Numbered from the stretch's first letter, positions 1 through 9,623 are shown. The stretch is 43,999 nt of DNA from a virus (IMGVR_UViG_3300003969_000013:1-43999); one strand, 5' to 3'. The notes: a model not told the origin generated them from the sequence alone. Numbers and translations: made by a program.

Positions 1-120
1 GGTGAAGAGCGAAATGAGAACGGAGGTGAATAAATCACACTCCGCCAGCAGCGCCGGGGGCAGCAAAGCCCAGTCGCCGCGAAACCGGGAGCTATCCCAG
101 CGCGTTGTAATGTCGGGCAT
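1..120 (-). CDS. Mu gp46-like baseplate protein, 5' part (runs off window edge)
   Basis: Not in ORF track; manual translation from ATG at 120 gives MPDITTRWDSSRFRGDWALLPPALLAECDLFTSVLISLFT, matching the GP46-family N-terminus (GDW...DL.T.V.ISLFT); expected position after gp45. Confidence 0.85.
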   Translation of the reverse strand, partial: MPDITTRWDSSRFRGDWALLPPALLAECDLFTSVLISLFT

Positions 121-130
121 GGAACCCCGC

Positions 131-397
131 CTATTCGGTGATGGTGAAAAAATCCGAGCCGGTCGCCGGGTGCCCGCAAGAGGCAGCATTGCCCGCGCGC
201 ACAACTTCGACGCCGTTGATCGTAAAAAAGCCGACGCCTTCGGCCAGCACCGGCCCGGCGTGTTCATCCAGGCCGTGACCCGCAACGGGATCGCCCTTCA
301 GCGCAACGGGCGCGCCTTCGACCGAAACGAAGCCCTGCCCGCCGCCGAGGATCACGCCCCCGGCGCTATCAAGCCCTACCCGCGAAATCCCGCTCAT
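131..397 (-). CDS. PAAR-motif spike tip protein
   Basis: 88 aa; PVALKGDPVAGH, VVRAGNAASCGH motifs; ATGA-coupled to the spike gene. Confidence 0.85.
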   Translation of the reverse strand: MSGISRVGLDSAGGVILGGGQGFVSVEGAPVALKGDPVAGHGLDEHAGPVLAEGVGFFTINGVEVVRAGNAASCGHPATGSDFFTITE

Positions 398-903
398 GCC
401 CCGCCTCCGCCCGTCTTGATGAACTGCACGCGGCTAGCGCGGACGATGAAACCCTCATTCTCATCAAGGATCATTTCCTGATCGCCGCACTTGAAGCTGA
501 AGCGCCGCCCTCGCAGCGTGACGGATCGATCCCGGCCCAGGGTGATTCGGTGTGTCGCGTCGTCGGCCGCCGCCGCCGGGTCATCCTGATCGGTGTAGAG
601 TGCCACGTCGCCGGGCTCCAAGGTGCGCGGGCGCTTGGCTTGATCGTGCGCCAGGATCGCAGCGCCATTCTCCCGCTCACCACCGACGAAGAGGCAGACC
701 GCGATAGCGCCCGGCAGCGGCACCGCTGTAAGACCATACCCTTCGAGCAAGTCGAGATCGTTCTTCGTCTCGCCTGCCGACAGATCGGCCTGAAGCTGCT
801 GGGTTTGCCCGCCGGATTGCGCCAGCCGGATAACGGCGCGCGCAACCATGTTATCGATAGCGCGGTTCAGCGGCGCGAGCACGCGCCCAAGTCCATCGAG
901 CAT
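394..903 (-). CDS. Baseplate assembly/spike protein (Mu gp45 / gpV-like)
   Basis: EGYGLTAVPLPGA, RPRTLEPGDVALY motifs; GGAGG RBS; synteny. Confidence 0.88.
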   Translation of the reverse strand: MLDGLGRVLAPLNRAIDNMVARAVIRLAQSGGQTQQLQADLSAGETKNDLDLLEGYGLTAVPLPGAIAVCLFVGGERENGAAILAHDQAKRPRTLEPGDVALYTDQDDPAAAADDATHRITLGRDRSVTLRGRRFSFKCGDQEMILDENEGFIVRASRVQFIKTGGGGA

Positions 904-915
904 GTGCTTGCCTCC

Positions 916-942
916 AAAAGAAAAGGGGCGGAAAACCGCCCC
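916..942 (-). terminator. Rho-independent terminator after the GIY-YIG-like moron
   Basis: GGGGCGG-TTTT-CCGCCCC followed by TTTTCTTTT on minus strand. Confidence 0.75.
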
Positions 943-1017
943 AAAACTATGCTGCCAGCGTCAGCATTTTCGCAAAGGGGTTTCGGTTCTCGCTGGCGCG
1001 CAACGCAATATTTCCGC

Positions 1018-1410
1018 TTATTGGGAGTATAGTTTTGAATCAATCATCACATAAAGGGCATAACCAACAGCAATTTCTGCCTCCCGAGGCCGACCAGACC
1101 GCCTAACATTCCAAGTATGCTCTGGATAATCACGTTGGCAATATTCGATAATTATTCCTTCGATCTCAATTAATTTTTCTAAATTCTCTGCCTCGTAAAG
1201 AATATACATTACCTCCCATTCACACCCCTCTCCCCAACGCCTATTGTGTTGCAAAAGCCTAACGCCAGGCCTCTGTTGAGTTATTCCGACATATACGTGA
1301 GGGTGTTTTTCAGCCAATCGCCTAACGTGTTTCTTTATATGGTCTATGCCATCTCCGTCCTCATGTGACATTCGAAAATCATATTTAACTATCGGTTTCA
1401 GGGTATCCAT
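1018..1410 (-). CDS. GIY-YIG-like nuclease domain protein (AT-rich moron)
   Basis: VYVGIT...RLLQH, conserved-type Glu (IEIEGIII) and WN; much lower GC than flanks. Confidence 0.6.
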   Translation of the reverse strand: MDTLKPIVKYDFRMSHEDGDGIDHIKKHVRRLAEKHPHVYVGITQQRPGVRLLQHNRRWGEGCEWEVMYILYEAENLEKLIEIEGIIIEYCQRDYPEHTWNVRRSGRPREAEIAVGYALYVMIDSKLYSQ

Positions 1411-1446
1411 ATGCGGCTCATCGCTCTTGAGATCGTTATTTTTCTC

Positions 1447-1474
1447 ATCTTAAGTTTATCCGTGTAGCTGTCGA
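1447..1474 (-). promoter_or_regulatory. Putative sigma70 promoter of the moron
   Basis: TCGACA-N16-TAAGAT upstream of ATG 1410. Confidence 0.4.
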
Positions 1475-1482
1475 GTCATGGA

Positions 1483-2634
1483 TCACACCCCCCGATCATC
1501 CCGTAGCGCCATCCCGCCAACCCCCGCAGGCTTGGTTTCCGCGCCCTCCAGCAGCCCGCCGAGCGGTTTAGCCGTCCCGTCCTTCGTGCCGATTTCCGAA
1601 TAAGCCGCCGGATCAACAAGCGTGACGGTCGCAACCGTGCCCTGCTCACTCAGCGATAGCTCAACGCCGCGCACCCGGTAATCGTCGGACAGGCCGAGGA
1701 ACGAATCCTCGACCCGTACCGTCATGCCCTTCCACCACAGCCCGCCGCCGGGGTGCCGCCAGCCGGTGAGTTCGTACTTGATATTATTGCCTTTGCCCTT
1801 GCGCTTGCGGGAATCATGCGCGGCACGCTTTTGCGCTTCTTCGCCCGTGATCCGGCCCTTGGCGGTGATGACTTTCACCCGGGCTGACTTTACCGCCGGG
1901 TCTGTTGCAACGCCCTCGCTAAGAGCGACTGCCGTGCCATCGAGGAGGCCGGAGCCTCCGAGGGGCTGCTGACCCCGGACGATGGTCTTGCCGTAGCGGT
2001 CGGACTGATCCCATTGGGCTGACCCGGTGCGGATGGGGCTGGAGCCGAGCCGTATTTCTGCGCGACCGCCTCCCGCGCCAGACCCGGTAATGACGAGATT
2101 TCCCCCCGGCCCATCGCTGACCAAAAGCGACCGCAAGGCGCACAACCGTGTGAGTTCGCCATGAACCGTTTCTCCTGTTTTGGCGTGAAATTCTTCAATC
2201 GGCGGGCCGGTATCAGCTTCGACCGTGACTTCGATTCCGTGGGGCGCGCAAAGCTGGCGCGCGATGTCTTCCAGCTTCTTGCCCTTGATCTGCTGGTCTT
2301 TCTCGATGGAGCTATCGACCAGATCGCCCGTCTTCGAGCGGCCCGAAACGGATACCTTATGCTCCTGCGGCCCATAGCTTTTTTCGAGCTTATCGACGTG
2401 GCCGGTGCAAACGAGCGTGCCGCCGATCCGCACTTCGCAGTCGTCCCCCATGCGCACGCCCTGGGCAATCTCGGTAATGCCGCCGGTCTCGCCCGCGCGC
2501 GGCTCCCGCCAGCGTTCGGTAAGCTCCAGATCGAAGGAGGTCGCCGTCTGCTCAACGTCCGTGCTGACGCGGATAGAGGTCCAGCCCTCATATTCCGCGC
2601 CATTGACACGCAAGGTAACGCGCTCTGTGCTCAT
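1483..2634 (-). CDS. Baseplate hub protein (Mu gp44/gpP-like)
   Basis: VTLRVNGAEYEGWTSIRV, SGRSKTGDLVDSS motifs; synteny. Confidence 0.9.
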   Translation of the reverse strand: MSTERVTLRVNGAEYEGWTSIRVSTDVEQTATSFDLELTERWREPRAGETGGITEIAQGVRMGDDCEVRIGGTLVCTGHVDKLEKSYGPQEHKVSVSGRSKTGDLVDSSIEKDQQIKGKKLEDIARQLCAPHGIEVTVEADTGPPIEEFHAKTGETVHGELTRLCALRSLLVSDGPGGNLVITGSGAGGGRAEIRLGSSPIRTGSAQWDQSDRYGKTIVRGQQPLGGSGLLDGTAVALSEGVATDPAVKSARVKVITAKGRITGEEAQKRAAHDSRKRKGKGNNIKYELTGWRHPGGGLWWKGMTVRVEDSFLGLSDDYRVRGVELSLSEQGTVATVTLVDPAAYSEIGTKDGTAKPLGGLLEGAETKPAGVGGMALRDDRGV

Positions 2635-3851
2635 GATGCGAAATCCAGATCGGTGCGGGCAGGCAGGAAGCCGGGATGCCCTTGCACGGTGGCCTTACGG
2701 TTGCGGGCTTCGATTTCTTCGGCCCGGCGCGCATCGCCATAGAGCCCATAGGCTGCAACAAGCGTCGGCGTGACGGTCGGAAGGCTCATGGTGCGGACCC
2801 GGGCGAGCGTGCCAATGTCTTCCGATACCCGGTCCACATAGGCCGTCCGCAAATCGGTGATCGCGGTAAACGCGCCGTCGTCGCGCGCCAGGGAGGCTGC
2901 TTGCGCTTCCTCGTCGCACCAATCGCAGACGCGAGAGCGCCATTGCACCGCCTCATTATAATCCCGGTGCGGGACAGAGCCCGCCACCTGCACCGCCGTT
3001 CCCAGCGCAATCAGGCGCGTTACATCGGTCAGCGCGTCGCGGTTCTGCTTCTGGCGGCGGCGGTTGCTCGTGGTGAGCGGGATCGACGGCAGGAATGACC
3101 CGAAACGGCGGAACACGCTCTCGAAGTTCTGATAGGCGCGGCGCTCGTCCGGGCTTGCGCCTGCCAGCGACAGCATCATGCCCGACAGGCCGCTGACGAT
3201 CTGCGTCGGGCTGCTCAGGCCATTCCGCGCAACGCTGACGACGGTATCGACCGCGCGCATCACCTCATAGCCCGAAAGCGCTTGGCCCGGCGTATTGAGC
3301 CGGATTTGCTCCCCACCTACTGCCGCCTCAGTCAGCACCATCGATGCGTCGCCCTTCACAAAGCCGGGCGTGCGGACCTGGGAATAGCGATTGGCGAGCG
3401 AGCCTTCCGCCGCCGGGGCAACGGCCTTCGCCGCCGTCTGCAGCGACGCCCGCGTATCCCGCCACGCCGTAACGACCGAGGCCCGCCCCGCCTCAACGAA
3501 GGTCAGCGACAATTCCGCCTGCCGCCGCGCATTGCGAGCTTCGCGGACGCTGCTGGGCTTTGCGACCACCATCAACCGGCCAAGCCAGGGGTGGAATAAT
3601 TCCCCTGGCCCTGGGGCTTCCAGCGCAGCCAACAACCTATCGCGCTGATCGAAGACGTTATCGCCGTTCACGTAAGCGGTCAGGGTAAATTCCCGATCCG
3701 CCCGCCCCATGTCCTCGTGATAGCCCAGGTCGCGCTGCGGATAGATATGATCCGCGTGGCGACGGCCCGCTTTGACCTCGTGGCTCGTGCAGGTGAACAG
3801 CACGCCCCGGAAGGACGCGGTTTCGAGCTTCGGCGTTGTGATCGTGGACAT
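2631..3851 (-). CDS. DNA circularization protein (Mu gp43/gpN-like)
   Basis: ASFRGVLF...GRR...HIYPQRD...EDMGR, GPGELFHPWLG; C-terminal LYGDARRAEEI...HPGF. Confidence 0.92.
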   Translation of the reverse strand: MSTITTPKLETASFRGVLFTCTSHEVKAGRRHADHIYPQRDLGYHEDMGRADREFTLTAYVNGDNVFDQRDRLLAALEAPGPGELFHPWLGRLMVVAKPSSVREARNARRQAELSLTFVEAGRASVVTAWRDTRASLQTAAKAVAPAAEGSLANRYSQVRTPGFVKGDASMVLTEAAVGGEQIRLNTPGQALSGYEVMRAVDTVVSVARNGLSSPTQIVSGLSGMMLSLAGASPDERRAYQNFESVFRRFGSFLPSIPLTTSNRRRQKQNRDALTDVTRLIALGTAVQVAGSVPHRDYNEAVQWRSRVCDWCDEEAQAASLARDDGAFTAITDLRTAYVDRVSEDIGTLARVRTMSLPTVTPTLVAAYGLYGDARRAEEIEARNRKATVQGHPGFLPARTDLDFAS

Positions 3852-3865
3852 GGATGGTCCTTTCT

Positions 3866-6022
3866 TTAGCCGAAGGCGAGCGCCGTTGAGATGCCGGATT
3901 TGGCGAGCAAGTTAAGGTCGCCGCTGCTGCCGGTGACGCTTGCCGTGGTGCCCGGAGGGCCTTCGACTTTCACTGTGATTTCGCCCTTTGATGGAGCGGG
4001 TTTTTCACCGCGCGCCCATGCAGCCAACTGCTGCGCTCGGGTCGTTGCCCCGCCGCTAGATCCAGTGATGGTCGGCTTGTTGGCGAGGTTATCGGCGATC
4101 TCCGCCCCAAGGGCGCTACCGCCGCTCGATCCGAGCCAACCACCAAGCGCCGCCCCGATGACGCCACCGATTGCGGTGCCGACGAAGGGCACAATGGAGC
4201 CAATCGCGGCACCAGCCGCAGCGCCGCCCCAAGCCCCGCCCATACCGCCCAACAGACTTCCGGCTGAACTGCCCATGCCTCTCGCATCCCCCTGAAGGGC
4301 GGAACTGCCGAAGTCGTAGACATCCATTGCCATGCCGATAGGCTTTGCGAGCTTACCGGCCATGCCAAGCACGCCTGCACCAGCGACGCCGCCAAGCAGC
4401 GCCTTCATCCGACCGCCGAGTCCACCCTTGGCCGCGTCCTTAACGGCCTCCCCGAGACCACCCTTAGCGCCCTTGCCGAGATCACCGATCCCCGGCAGTC
4501 CGCCGAAGCCGCTTCCTGGCATGTTGACGACGTACACCCGCTGGACACCTTGCATACTCGCCGCTTCTGCCAATTTTCCTGATAAGCCGCCCTTACCGAG
4601 CGCCCCTGTTTTTTGGAGAAGGCCGACAACTGAGAGTGCGCCGCCCTTAACGAAACTGAAAAGCCACCCGACGGCGATAGCCCCGATCTTGAGCGCGACG
4701 AGGCCGGCCAAGATACCCATCACGGCAGAGAGGGTTCCAGGCATCGCGCCATTCATGGCCTCGGCCCAGCCCGCCAGTTTCTCAAAGATCGACGCAGCTA
4801 GAGTGGTCGCGGGAACTAACGCCTCCCCGAGCACGACAGAAAGCCGCTCCAATGCAACCATAGCCCGCGTGATTTGCCCGTCGAAACTCGCGTCGCGCTT
4901 CGCCTTATCGGCATCGACTGTGCCCCGTGCCGCAGCGTTCGCCCCCTTGATCCGCTGATATTCCGGTAGGTTCTGAAGCATGGCCCGCAGGAAGTTCTTT
5001 ACCTGCATATCGCCGAAAAGTTCGCCAATCAGCTTTTCGTCACCGCCCTTCGTCAGTACAGCAATTTTCTGAAGGGCGGCTTCGACGGGATTGATTCCGT
5101 TCTTGATGGCATCCTTCACCACGGCATCGATATCGACGCCCTTCTTGGCAAAGTTCGTGATCGAATCGGGGGCAAGGATCTTTGAGAGGAAATTTCCGAG
5201 GTTCGTTGCCGCTGCCTCGTTCGTGCCCGCACCCTTGCGCGAAATTTGCAGCATCGCGCCGATGGAGTTAATAGCCTCCATCCCTTCAAGCTTAACGCCC
5301 TTCGCCATTGCCGCCAGTTCGGGGAAATAGCGCGCCATGTCCTTTAGCTCGAAATTACCCTCTTTGCTGGCATTGGACAGCGAGTCGAAGGCTTTCGCCA
5401 TTTCGCCAGCGGGTACCTTCAGCGTGTCGAAAGCCGTGAAGGCTGTCTTCGCCACATCCTCCATATCGGCGCGATAGGCCCCGGCCACATTGGCGATGGA
5501 CGGCATAAGTTGCTTTACGAGGTCGTCTTTCAGGCCAGCAGCAACAAGCGTGTTCTGGCCTTTCATGAGGTCGCCGAGCGACTGGCCGGACTGGCGGCTC
5601 CAGGCTTTCGTGCGCTCTTCGACCTGTTTCATTTCGGCAGAACTAAGCCCAGCCGTAATGCCGAGGTCCGTCACGGCCTGCTTGAAGTCGAATACATCCT
5701 TCATCGGTTTGGCAAACATCATGCCGAGCCCAACGGCATCGACAGCCTGCCCGCGATAGTCCGCCCGCCGCGCCATGTTCTGCGCCTGCATCTGCGGCAC
5801 ATTCATGTTGGCGAGGTTCTGGCGCATCTGCGAGACGTGACGCGCCACCGTTTCGACCGAGCGCCCAAAGCGGGACATGGAGCTTGCGGCGCGGTCGATA
5901 TCGCCCGACATGCCCGAAATGGGGCGCTTCATGTCGTCAAGGCGCTGCTTGAGCGCCCGGATCGGCGCCATCGTTTGGTCAATCGCCTTCAAGACGACGG
6001 AAATTTCATACTTCGTCGCCAT
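3866..6022 (-). CDS. Tail tape measure protein (TP901 family)
   Basis: 718 aa, KEGNFELKDMARYFP core, Gly/Ala-rich C-terminus; follows tail chaperones. Confidence 0.93.
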   Translation of the reverse strand: MATKYEISVVLKAIDQTMAPIRALKQRLDDMKRPISGMSGDIDRAASSMSRFGRSVETVARHVSQMRQNLANMNVPQMQAQNMARRADYRGQAVDAVGLGMMFAKPMKDVFDFKQAVTDLGITAGLSSAEMKQVEERTKAWSRQSGQSLGDLMKGQNTLVAAGLKDDLVKQLMPSIANVAGAYRADMEDVAKTAFTAFDTLKVPAGEMAKAFDSLSNASKEGNFELKDMARYFPELAAMAKGVKLEGMEAINSIGAMLQISRKGAGTNEAAATNLGNFLSKILAPDSITNFAKKGVDIDAVVKDAIKNGINPVEAALQKIAVLTKGGDEKLIGELFGDMQVKNFLRAMLQNLPEYQRIKGANAAARGTVDADKAKRDASFDGQITRAMVALERLSVVLGEALVPATTLAASIFEKLAGWAEAMNGAMPGTLSAVMGILAGLVALKIGAIAVGWLFSFVKGGALSVVGLLQKTGALGKGGLSGKLAEAASMQGVQRVYVVNMPGSGFGGLPGIGDLGKGAKGGLGEAVKDAAKGGLGGRMKALLGGVAGAGVLGMAGKLAKPIGMAMDVYDFGSSALQGDARGMGSSAGSLLGGMGGAWGGAAAGAAIGSIVPFVGTAIGGVIGAALGGWLGSSGGSALGAEIADNLANKPTITGSSGGATTRAQQLAAWARGEKPAPSKGEITVKVEGPPGTTASVTGSSGDLNLLAKSGISTALAFG

Positions 6023-6068
6023 AGGGCACCTGCTATTTGATGGGTGAGTTTATGGGGAGGGGGCGCAC

Positions 6069-6233
6069 CTACGCCCCCCCGCCGTTCACTTTCAGAAAGA
6101 AGGCTATCGCCGCGTCATGCCACGCATGAAGCTCCGAGACCGATAAGGCGTCGATCTCGGAAGGCTGCCAGTGGAAAACCCCCGCGAGATCAGCCGCTAA
6201 TTCGCGCCAGTTCCGAGGATATCCTTCAAAAAA
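6069..6233 (-). CDS. P2 gpE'-like tail chaperone extension made by -1 frameshift
   Basis: -1 frame after TTTTTTG reads FFEGYPRNWRELAADLAGVFHWQPSEIDALSVSELHAWHDAAIAFFLKVNGGGA*, a GpE-family motif. Confidence 0.8.
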   Translation of the reverse strand, partial: FFEGYPRNWRELAADLAGVFHWQPSEIDALSVSELHAWHDAAIAFFLKVNGGGA

Positions 6234-6472
6234 GGCTTCAGCATCTCCTGAGCCTTAAAGAAGTCAGCCCCCGACATTGCGTCGATCAACTCGACCGGCT
6301 CACCCGACAGGATGGAAAGAATCATCGCGCCGTTAGCGACGTTCCCTTCGGCCTGATCCAGCCGCCGCAGGTCTTTGACCGTGACTGCCATCCTAAAGGT
6401 CAGTTCTTCGACCCGGCGCGACGCCGTGAACTGGATGGGCTTTTCGAGGGTGTAACGAATTTGGTCAGACAT
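6197..6472 (-). CDS. Tail assembly chaperone (gpE/Mu gp41-like)
   Basis: 91 aa between tube and tape measure; IDAMSGADF motif; slippery site near 3' end. Confidence 0.85.
   Translation of the reverse strand: MSDQIRYTLEKPIQFTASRRVEELTFRMAVTVKDLRRLDQAEGNVANGAMILSILSGEPVELIDAMSGADFFKAQEMLKPFLKDILGTGAN
6227..6233 (-). other. Programmed -1 ribosomal frameshift site TTTTTTG
   Basis: CCT TTT TTG at end of chaperone; same heptamer as P2 E/E'. Confidence 0.78.
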
Positions 6473-6484
6473 AGCGGCGCTCCT

Positions 6485-6862
6485 TTAAGCGATGATTTCT
6501 TCGCAGCGGGTTGATGTGAATTTCAGGCCGACCGAGCCGCCGTCTTTGCCGCTGATCTTCGGGCGATTGTTTTGGCGGGCTTCGGACATGATGAAGCGCT
6601 GTCCGGTGTCGTACTCGATCACGACGGTGACGCCGCACATGCCGACGAAGCGTTGCACGCTGTCGCCCGGCTTAATCATGATGTTAAATTCTGCCTCGGC
6701 GGCTTTGAACTCGGCAGTGAAGCCGGTTTCGTAATCGCCTTCGACCTCCTTGATTTCGTCACCCGCCAAGGTGAGGGCCACGCCCTTTTCGGTGCGCAGA
6801 ACCTCCCCATCGACCGTCACCCGGCCCTTGCCGAGAACGCGGTCGCCGCAAACTCCAGCCAT
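6485..6862 (-). CDS. Tail tube protein (Mu gpM-like)
   Basis: 125 aa immediately after sheath; beta-rich. Confidence 0.8.
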   Translation of the reverse strand: MAGVCGDRVLGKGRVTVDGEVLRTEKGVALTLAGDEIKEVEGDYETGFTAEFKAAEAEFNIMIKPGDSVQRFVGMCGVTVVIEYDTGQRFIMSEARQNNRPKISGKDGGSVGLKFTSTRCEEIIA

Positions 6863-6879
6863 TGCAGGCCTCCCTTAGT

Positions 6880-8346
6880 TTAAATGATGAACTGCAACTG
6901 CCCCGCGAAGACGCGGAACTGGTTGACGAGGTTGGTGGGAATGAGGGCGTTCACCCGGTTGCGGTCGCCTACGTCCCGCTCGACGACGATCTCGCGCTTG
7001 AAGGTGTCGATGTTCTCGACAAGCCCCAGGCTCTCCCACAGCAGCGCCCGGGCGATGAGTTCATCCTTCAGCAGGTCGGGCGTCACGATGGGCTGCCCGG
7101 CCAGAATGCGCGTCCCGTTATCGGCGAGCTTATGGCGCGGGAATTTGCTTTCGATCAGGAAGCGGATGTCTTTCCGCAGGAACGAGAGGGTCGCGGGCGT
7201 TTGCACGTCCAACCACGCCGCGTCCTGCTGGCCCCAGGCGTTCTTCTGGTAGGTCGTGATTTCGCGCTGAATCTGAACGCGCCCGTCGCTGCTGACCATG
7301 AACGTCGCAATGCCGTCATAGAGCAGGATGTTCTGTTCGTCCTGGCGGAAGCGGTCGCCCGAGGTCGGCGGCAGCAGGCCCTTGAGGATGAGGGTATGGA
7401 TCGGGCGGGCCGGATCGATGGGAAGGTGGAAGGCTGCAACCGCGCCATAGGCGGCAGCCCATTCGTAAGCCGGGCTTGGGGATTTGTTGAACCCCATGCA
7501 CGAGACGAACTGATTATTCCGCGCATTGCCCCAGGTCGAGAGTTGCGCCAGGGTGCCGCGCCGGGCGGTGAAGGCGATGGCTTCGCGCATCACGGTTGGA
7601 CCCGACGCGGTGAGCAGCCAATCGTCCAGCACCGCCATATTCGCGGGATCGGTCCAGGGCACGATTAGGAACTCGTAATGCTCGCCGCCGATGGCCGCGA
7701 GAACCGTCGTCAGGTCCGGGTTCCCGGCCCCGACCACTGTTTGCGTGAAGACCATCGCCACGCCGCCGGGCAGCCGCTCGCCGGGATAATAGACCGGGCG
7801 CAAGTCGATCTCGTTCCCGCCTTCCCCGGCGTTGCGCGCGGTGAGGGTCAGGATTGAGCCCGTCCGCGTTGCCGTCACCGGCAGATCGGCGTCAAGGTTG
7901 ATCGCGGTCAGCAGGTTCGTTGCGACCGTGTCGGCCGTCTCAGCCGGTTTCACCCGCGCCTGCACGCGCCGCCCGGCAATATAGAGGGACAGCAGCCCGC
8001 TCTCGGTCGGCACGGTGCCGGTCAGATCGACCGTCCACGCCGCTTTGACGCCTGCCCCCAGGTCCGAAACGCCGATGGCGTAGGTCTCGGTATAGGCGTT
8101 ATTGTCGCGCACGCGGGCGATCATCTGGTGCAGTTGCGAGCCCGCGCCGAAGCCGATGCGCGCTTGGTCGGAACTGGTGATGAGTTGCGGCACGAGAGGC
8201 GCGTAAGTGCCGGTCGAGAGCATCTGCCCGATCACCAGCAGCTTCGTGGGGAATTGCGGCAAGCCGCCCCCGGCCTTGCTGGCGTCGAACTCGATATAGG
8301 TGAAGGGCGTCCGAATCGTATTCGGGATGTCGTTGAAAACGATCAT
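6880..8346 (-). CDS. Contractile tail sheath protein (Mu gpL-like)
   Basis: FNDIPNTIRTPFTYIEFD, FGAGSQLH, DPARP, ITTYQKN, FPRHKLA motifs. Confidence 0.95.
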   Translation of the reverse strand: MIVFNDIPNTIRTPFTYIEFDASKAGGGLPQFPTKLLVIGQMLSTGTYAPLVPQLITSSDQARIGFGAGSQLHQMIARVRDNNAYTETYAIGVSDLGAGVKAAWTVDLTGTVPTESGLLSLYIAGRRVQARVKPAETADTVATNLLTAINLDADLPVTATRTGSILTLTARNAGEGGNEIDLRPVYYPGERLPGGVAMVFTQTVVGAGNPDLTTVLAAIGGEHYEFLIVPWTDPANMAVLDDWLLTASGPTVMREAIAFTARRGTLAQLSTWGNARNNQFVSCMGFNKSPSPAYEWAAAYGAVAAFHLPIDPARPIHTLILKGLLPPTSGDRFRQDEQNILLYDGIATFMVSSDGRVQIQREITTYQKNAWGQQDAAWLDVQTPATLSFLRKDIRFLIESKFPRHKLADNGTRILAGQPIVTPDLLKDELIARALLWESLGLVENIDTFKREIVVERDVGDRNRVNALIPTNLVNQFRVFAGQLQFII

Positions 8347-8352
8347 GCGGGG

Positions 8353-8547
8353 TTACTCCTGGGCCGCTTTGCGCGGGCGCGCGGGCGGCGGAACAATCAC
8401 GTCGCCATCGGCCAAGCGCCGCAGCCAATAGGGGGTAGCAGGCACATCCAGGCCTTCCGGCGGCAAGGGCTGGCCGGTATCGGGATCGAGAACGCGCAAA
8501 TGCGTTCCGGGCAGGCTATCGCCAGCCGGGGCGGGTTTTACGAACAT
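8353..8547 (-). CDS. DUF2635-like protein (Mu gp38-like)
   Basis: MFVKPA...DPDTGQPLPPEG...YWLRRLADGDV. Confidence 0.85.
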   Translation of the reverse strand: MFVKPAPAGDSLPGTHLRVLDPDTGQPLPPEGLDVPATPYWLRRLADGDVIVPPPARPRKAAQE

Positions 8548-8583
8548 GGGAAGTCACCTTTTTGCGGGGTTGGGCGGAAATGG

Positions 8584-9192
8584 TCAGGCTTGCGCGCCGG
8601 GGACCGTAATCATGTCGGTCGACAGGATCGTGTCCTTCTCCGGCTCGGTGCGCGGAATGGCGTATTCCGGGGCAAACCGGAGGAACGGCACAAGGCTACC
8701 GTCACCGTTCGTCGGGTCTTGTTGTGCGCTGGTCACGTCCAAGGCCCGGTCGCTCTCGAATAGGAACAGGTGCCAGAGCCGCCCCCGATCCACGCGAAGA
8801 TGCCGCGACCCGGCATAGGTAAAAACGCCGTCGCAGTCGGTGGGAGCCCAGGCGAGAAGCGCGTACCAGAGGGCAGCGCGCGCGTTGATGATCGCATGAT
8901 GGTGCGGCAAGGCCAGTTCTGACGAGAGCGCCTGTTCGGTTGCTGTCTGCCCCCGGGGATCAGCCCGATTATCGAGGCACACGACGACGCCGATTTGCTG
9001 CCGGATGTCCTGGGTAACATTATCGTCGCCTCGGTTCTCGGATGCGGTTTCGCCCATCAGCAGCACCGAAGCCCACGGCATCGGCACCGCAACGGCCTTA
9101 TCAAACGAGGCGTCTAGGCTCGCTACCCCAAATACGCGATCTTCAAAAGGCGTGCCCGCCACGCGAATACGGCGGATGGTTTGGGTAAGCAT
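8584..9192 (-). CDS. Tail terminator/completion protein
   Basis: Position between gp10-like gene and sheath; DNRADPRGQ, ALLAWAP motifs. Confidence 0.7.
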   Translation of the reverse strand: MLTQTIRRIRVAGTPFEDRVFGVASLDASFDKAVAVPMPWASVLLMGETASENRGDDNVTQDIRQQIGVVVCLDNRADPRGQTATEQALSSELALPHHHAIINARAALWYALLAWAPTDCDGVFTYAGSRHLRVDRGRLWHLFLFESDRALDVTSAQQDPTNGDGSLVPFLRFAPEYAIPRTEPEKDTILSTDMITVPGAQA

Positions 9193-9623
9193 TACGCGCC
9201 CCTCCGAAAAGCACGCACGAAGGCGTCAACGACGGTGTTTTCATCGGCGGCAGGCTTGAGGAACGGGCGATCCATGCCCTCTTCAAGAAAGAGGCCGTAA
9301 TCGCGCCCGGTTCCGATTTCAGCGGCCATGCCACCTAGGCGAATATCCATCGACATGCTGGACGCCAAAGCCCCGCTATCCGACGCCGGGGCTTCCCCGG
9401 GAGCAGAGGCCTGATGCGGCTTCCCACGCGCCCGGATAGGCACGGCACGGCCTTTTATAGTCACAAAATAGTGAGTATAGACCCGCCCCGACTTGGTGCC
9501 GCTCTGGATCGATTCGACGGCGCGGCGATGAACGCCGGTTGCAGCTTCCGCGATCCCCCGGCGCACGTCGGCGGCAAAGTCCAGACCGTCGCCATCGATC
9601 ACGATTGAGGTTTCGATCATCAT
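9192..9623 (-). CDS. HK97 gp10-like tail component
   Basis: HQASAPGEAPASDSGALASS, YGLFLEEG, RPFLKPA. Confidence 0.8.
   Translation of the reverse strand: MMIETSIVIDGDGLDFAADVRRGIAEAATGVHRRAVESIQSGTKSGRVYTHYFVTIKGRAVPIRARGKPHQASAPGEAPASDSGALASSMSMDIRLGGMAAEIGTGRDYGLFLEEGMDRPFLKPAADENTVVDAFVRAFRRGA

Noticed and set aside
131-8346. PAAR, sheath and tube as a T6SS or tailocin
   Set aside because: Capsid, portal, terminase and integrase are present, so this is a complete phage tail
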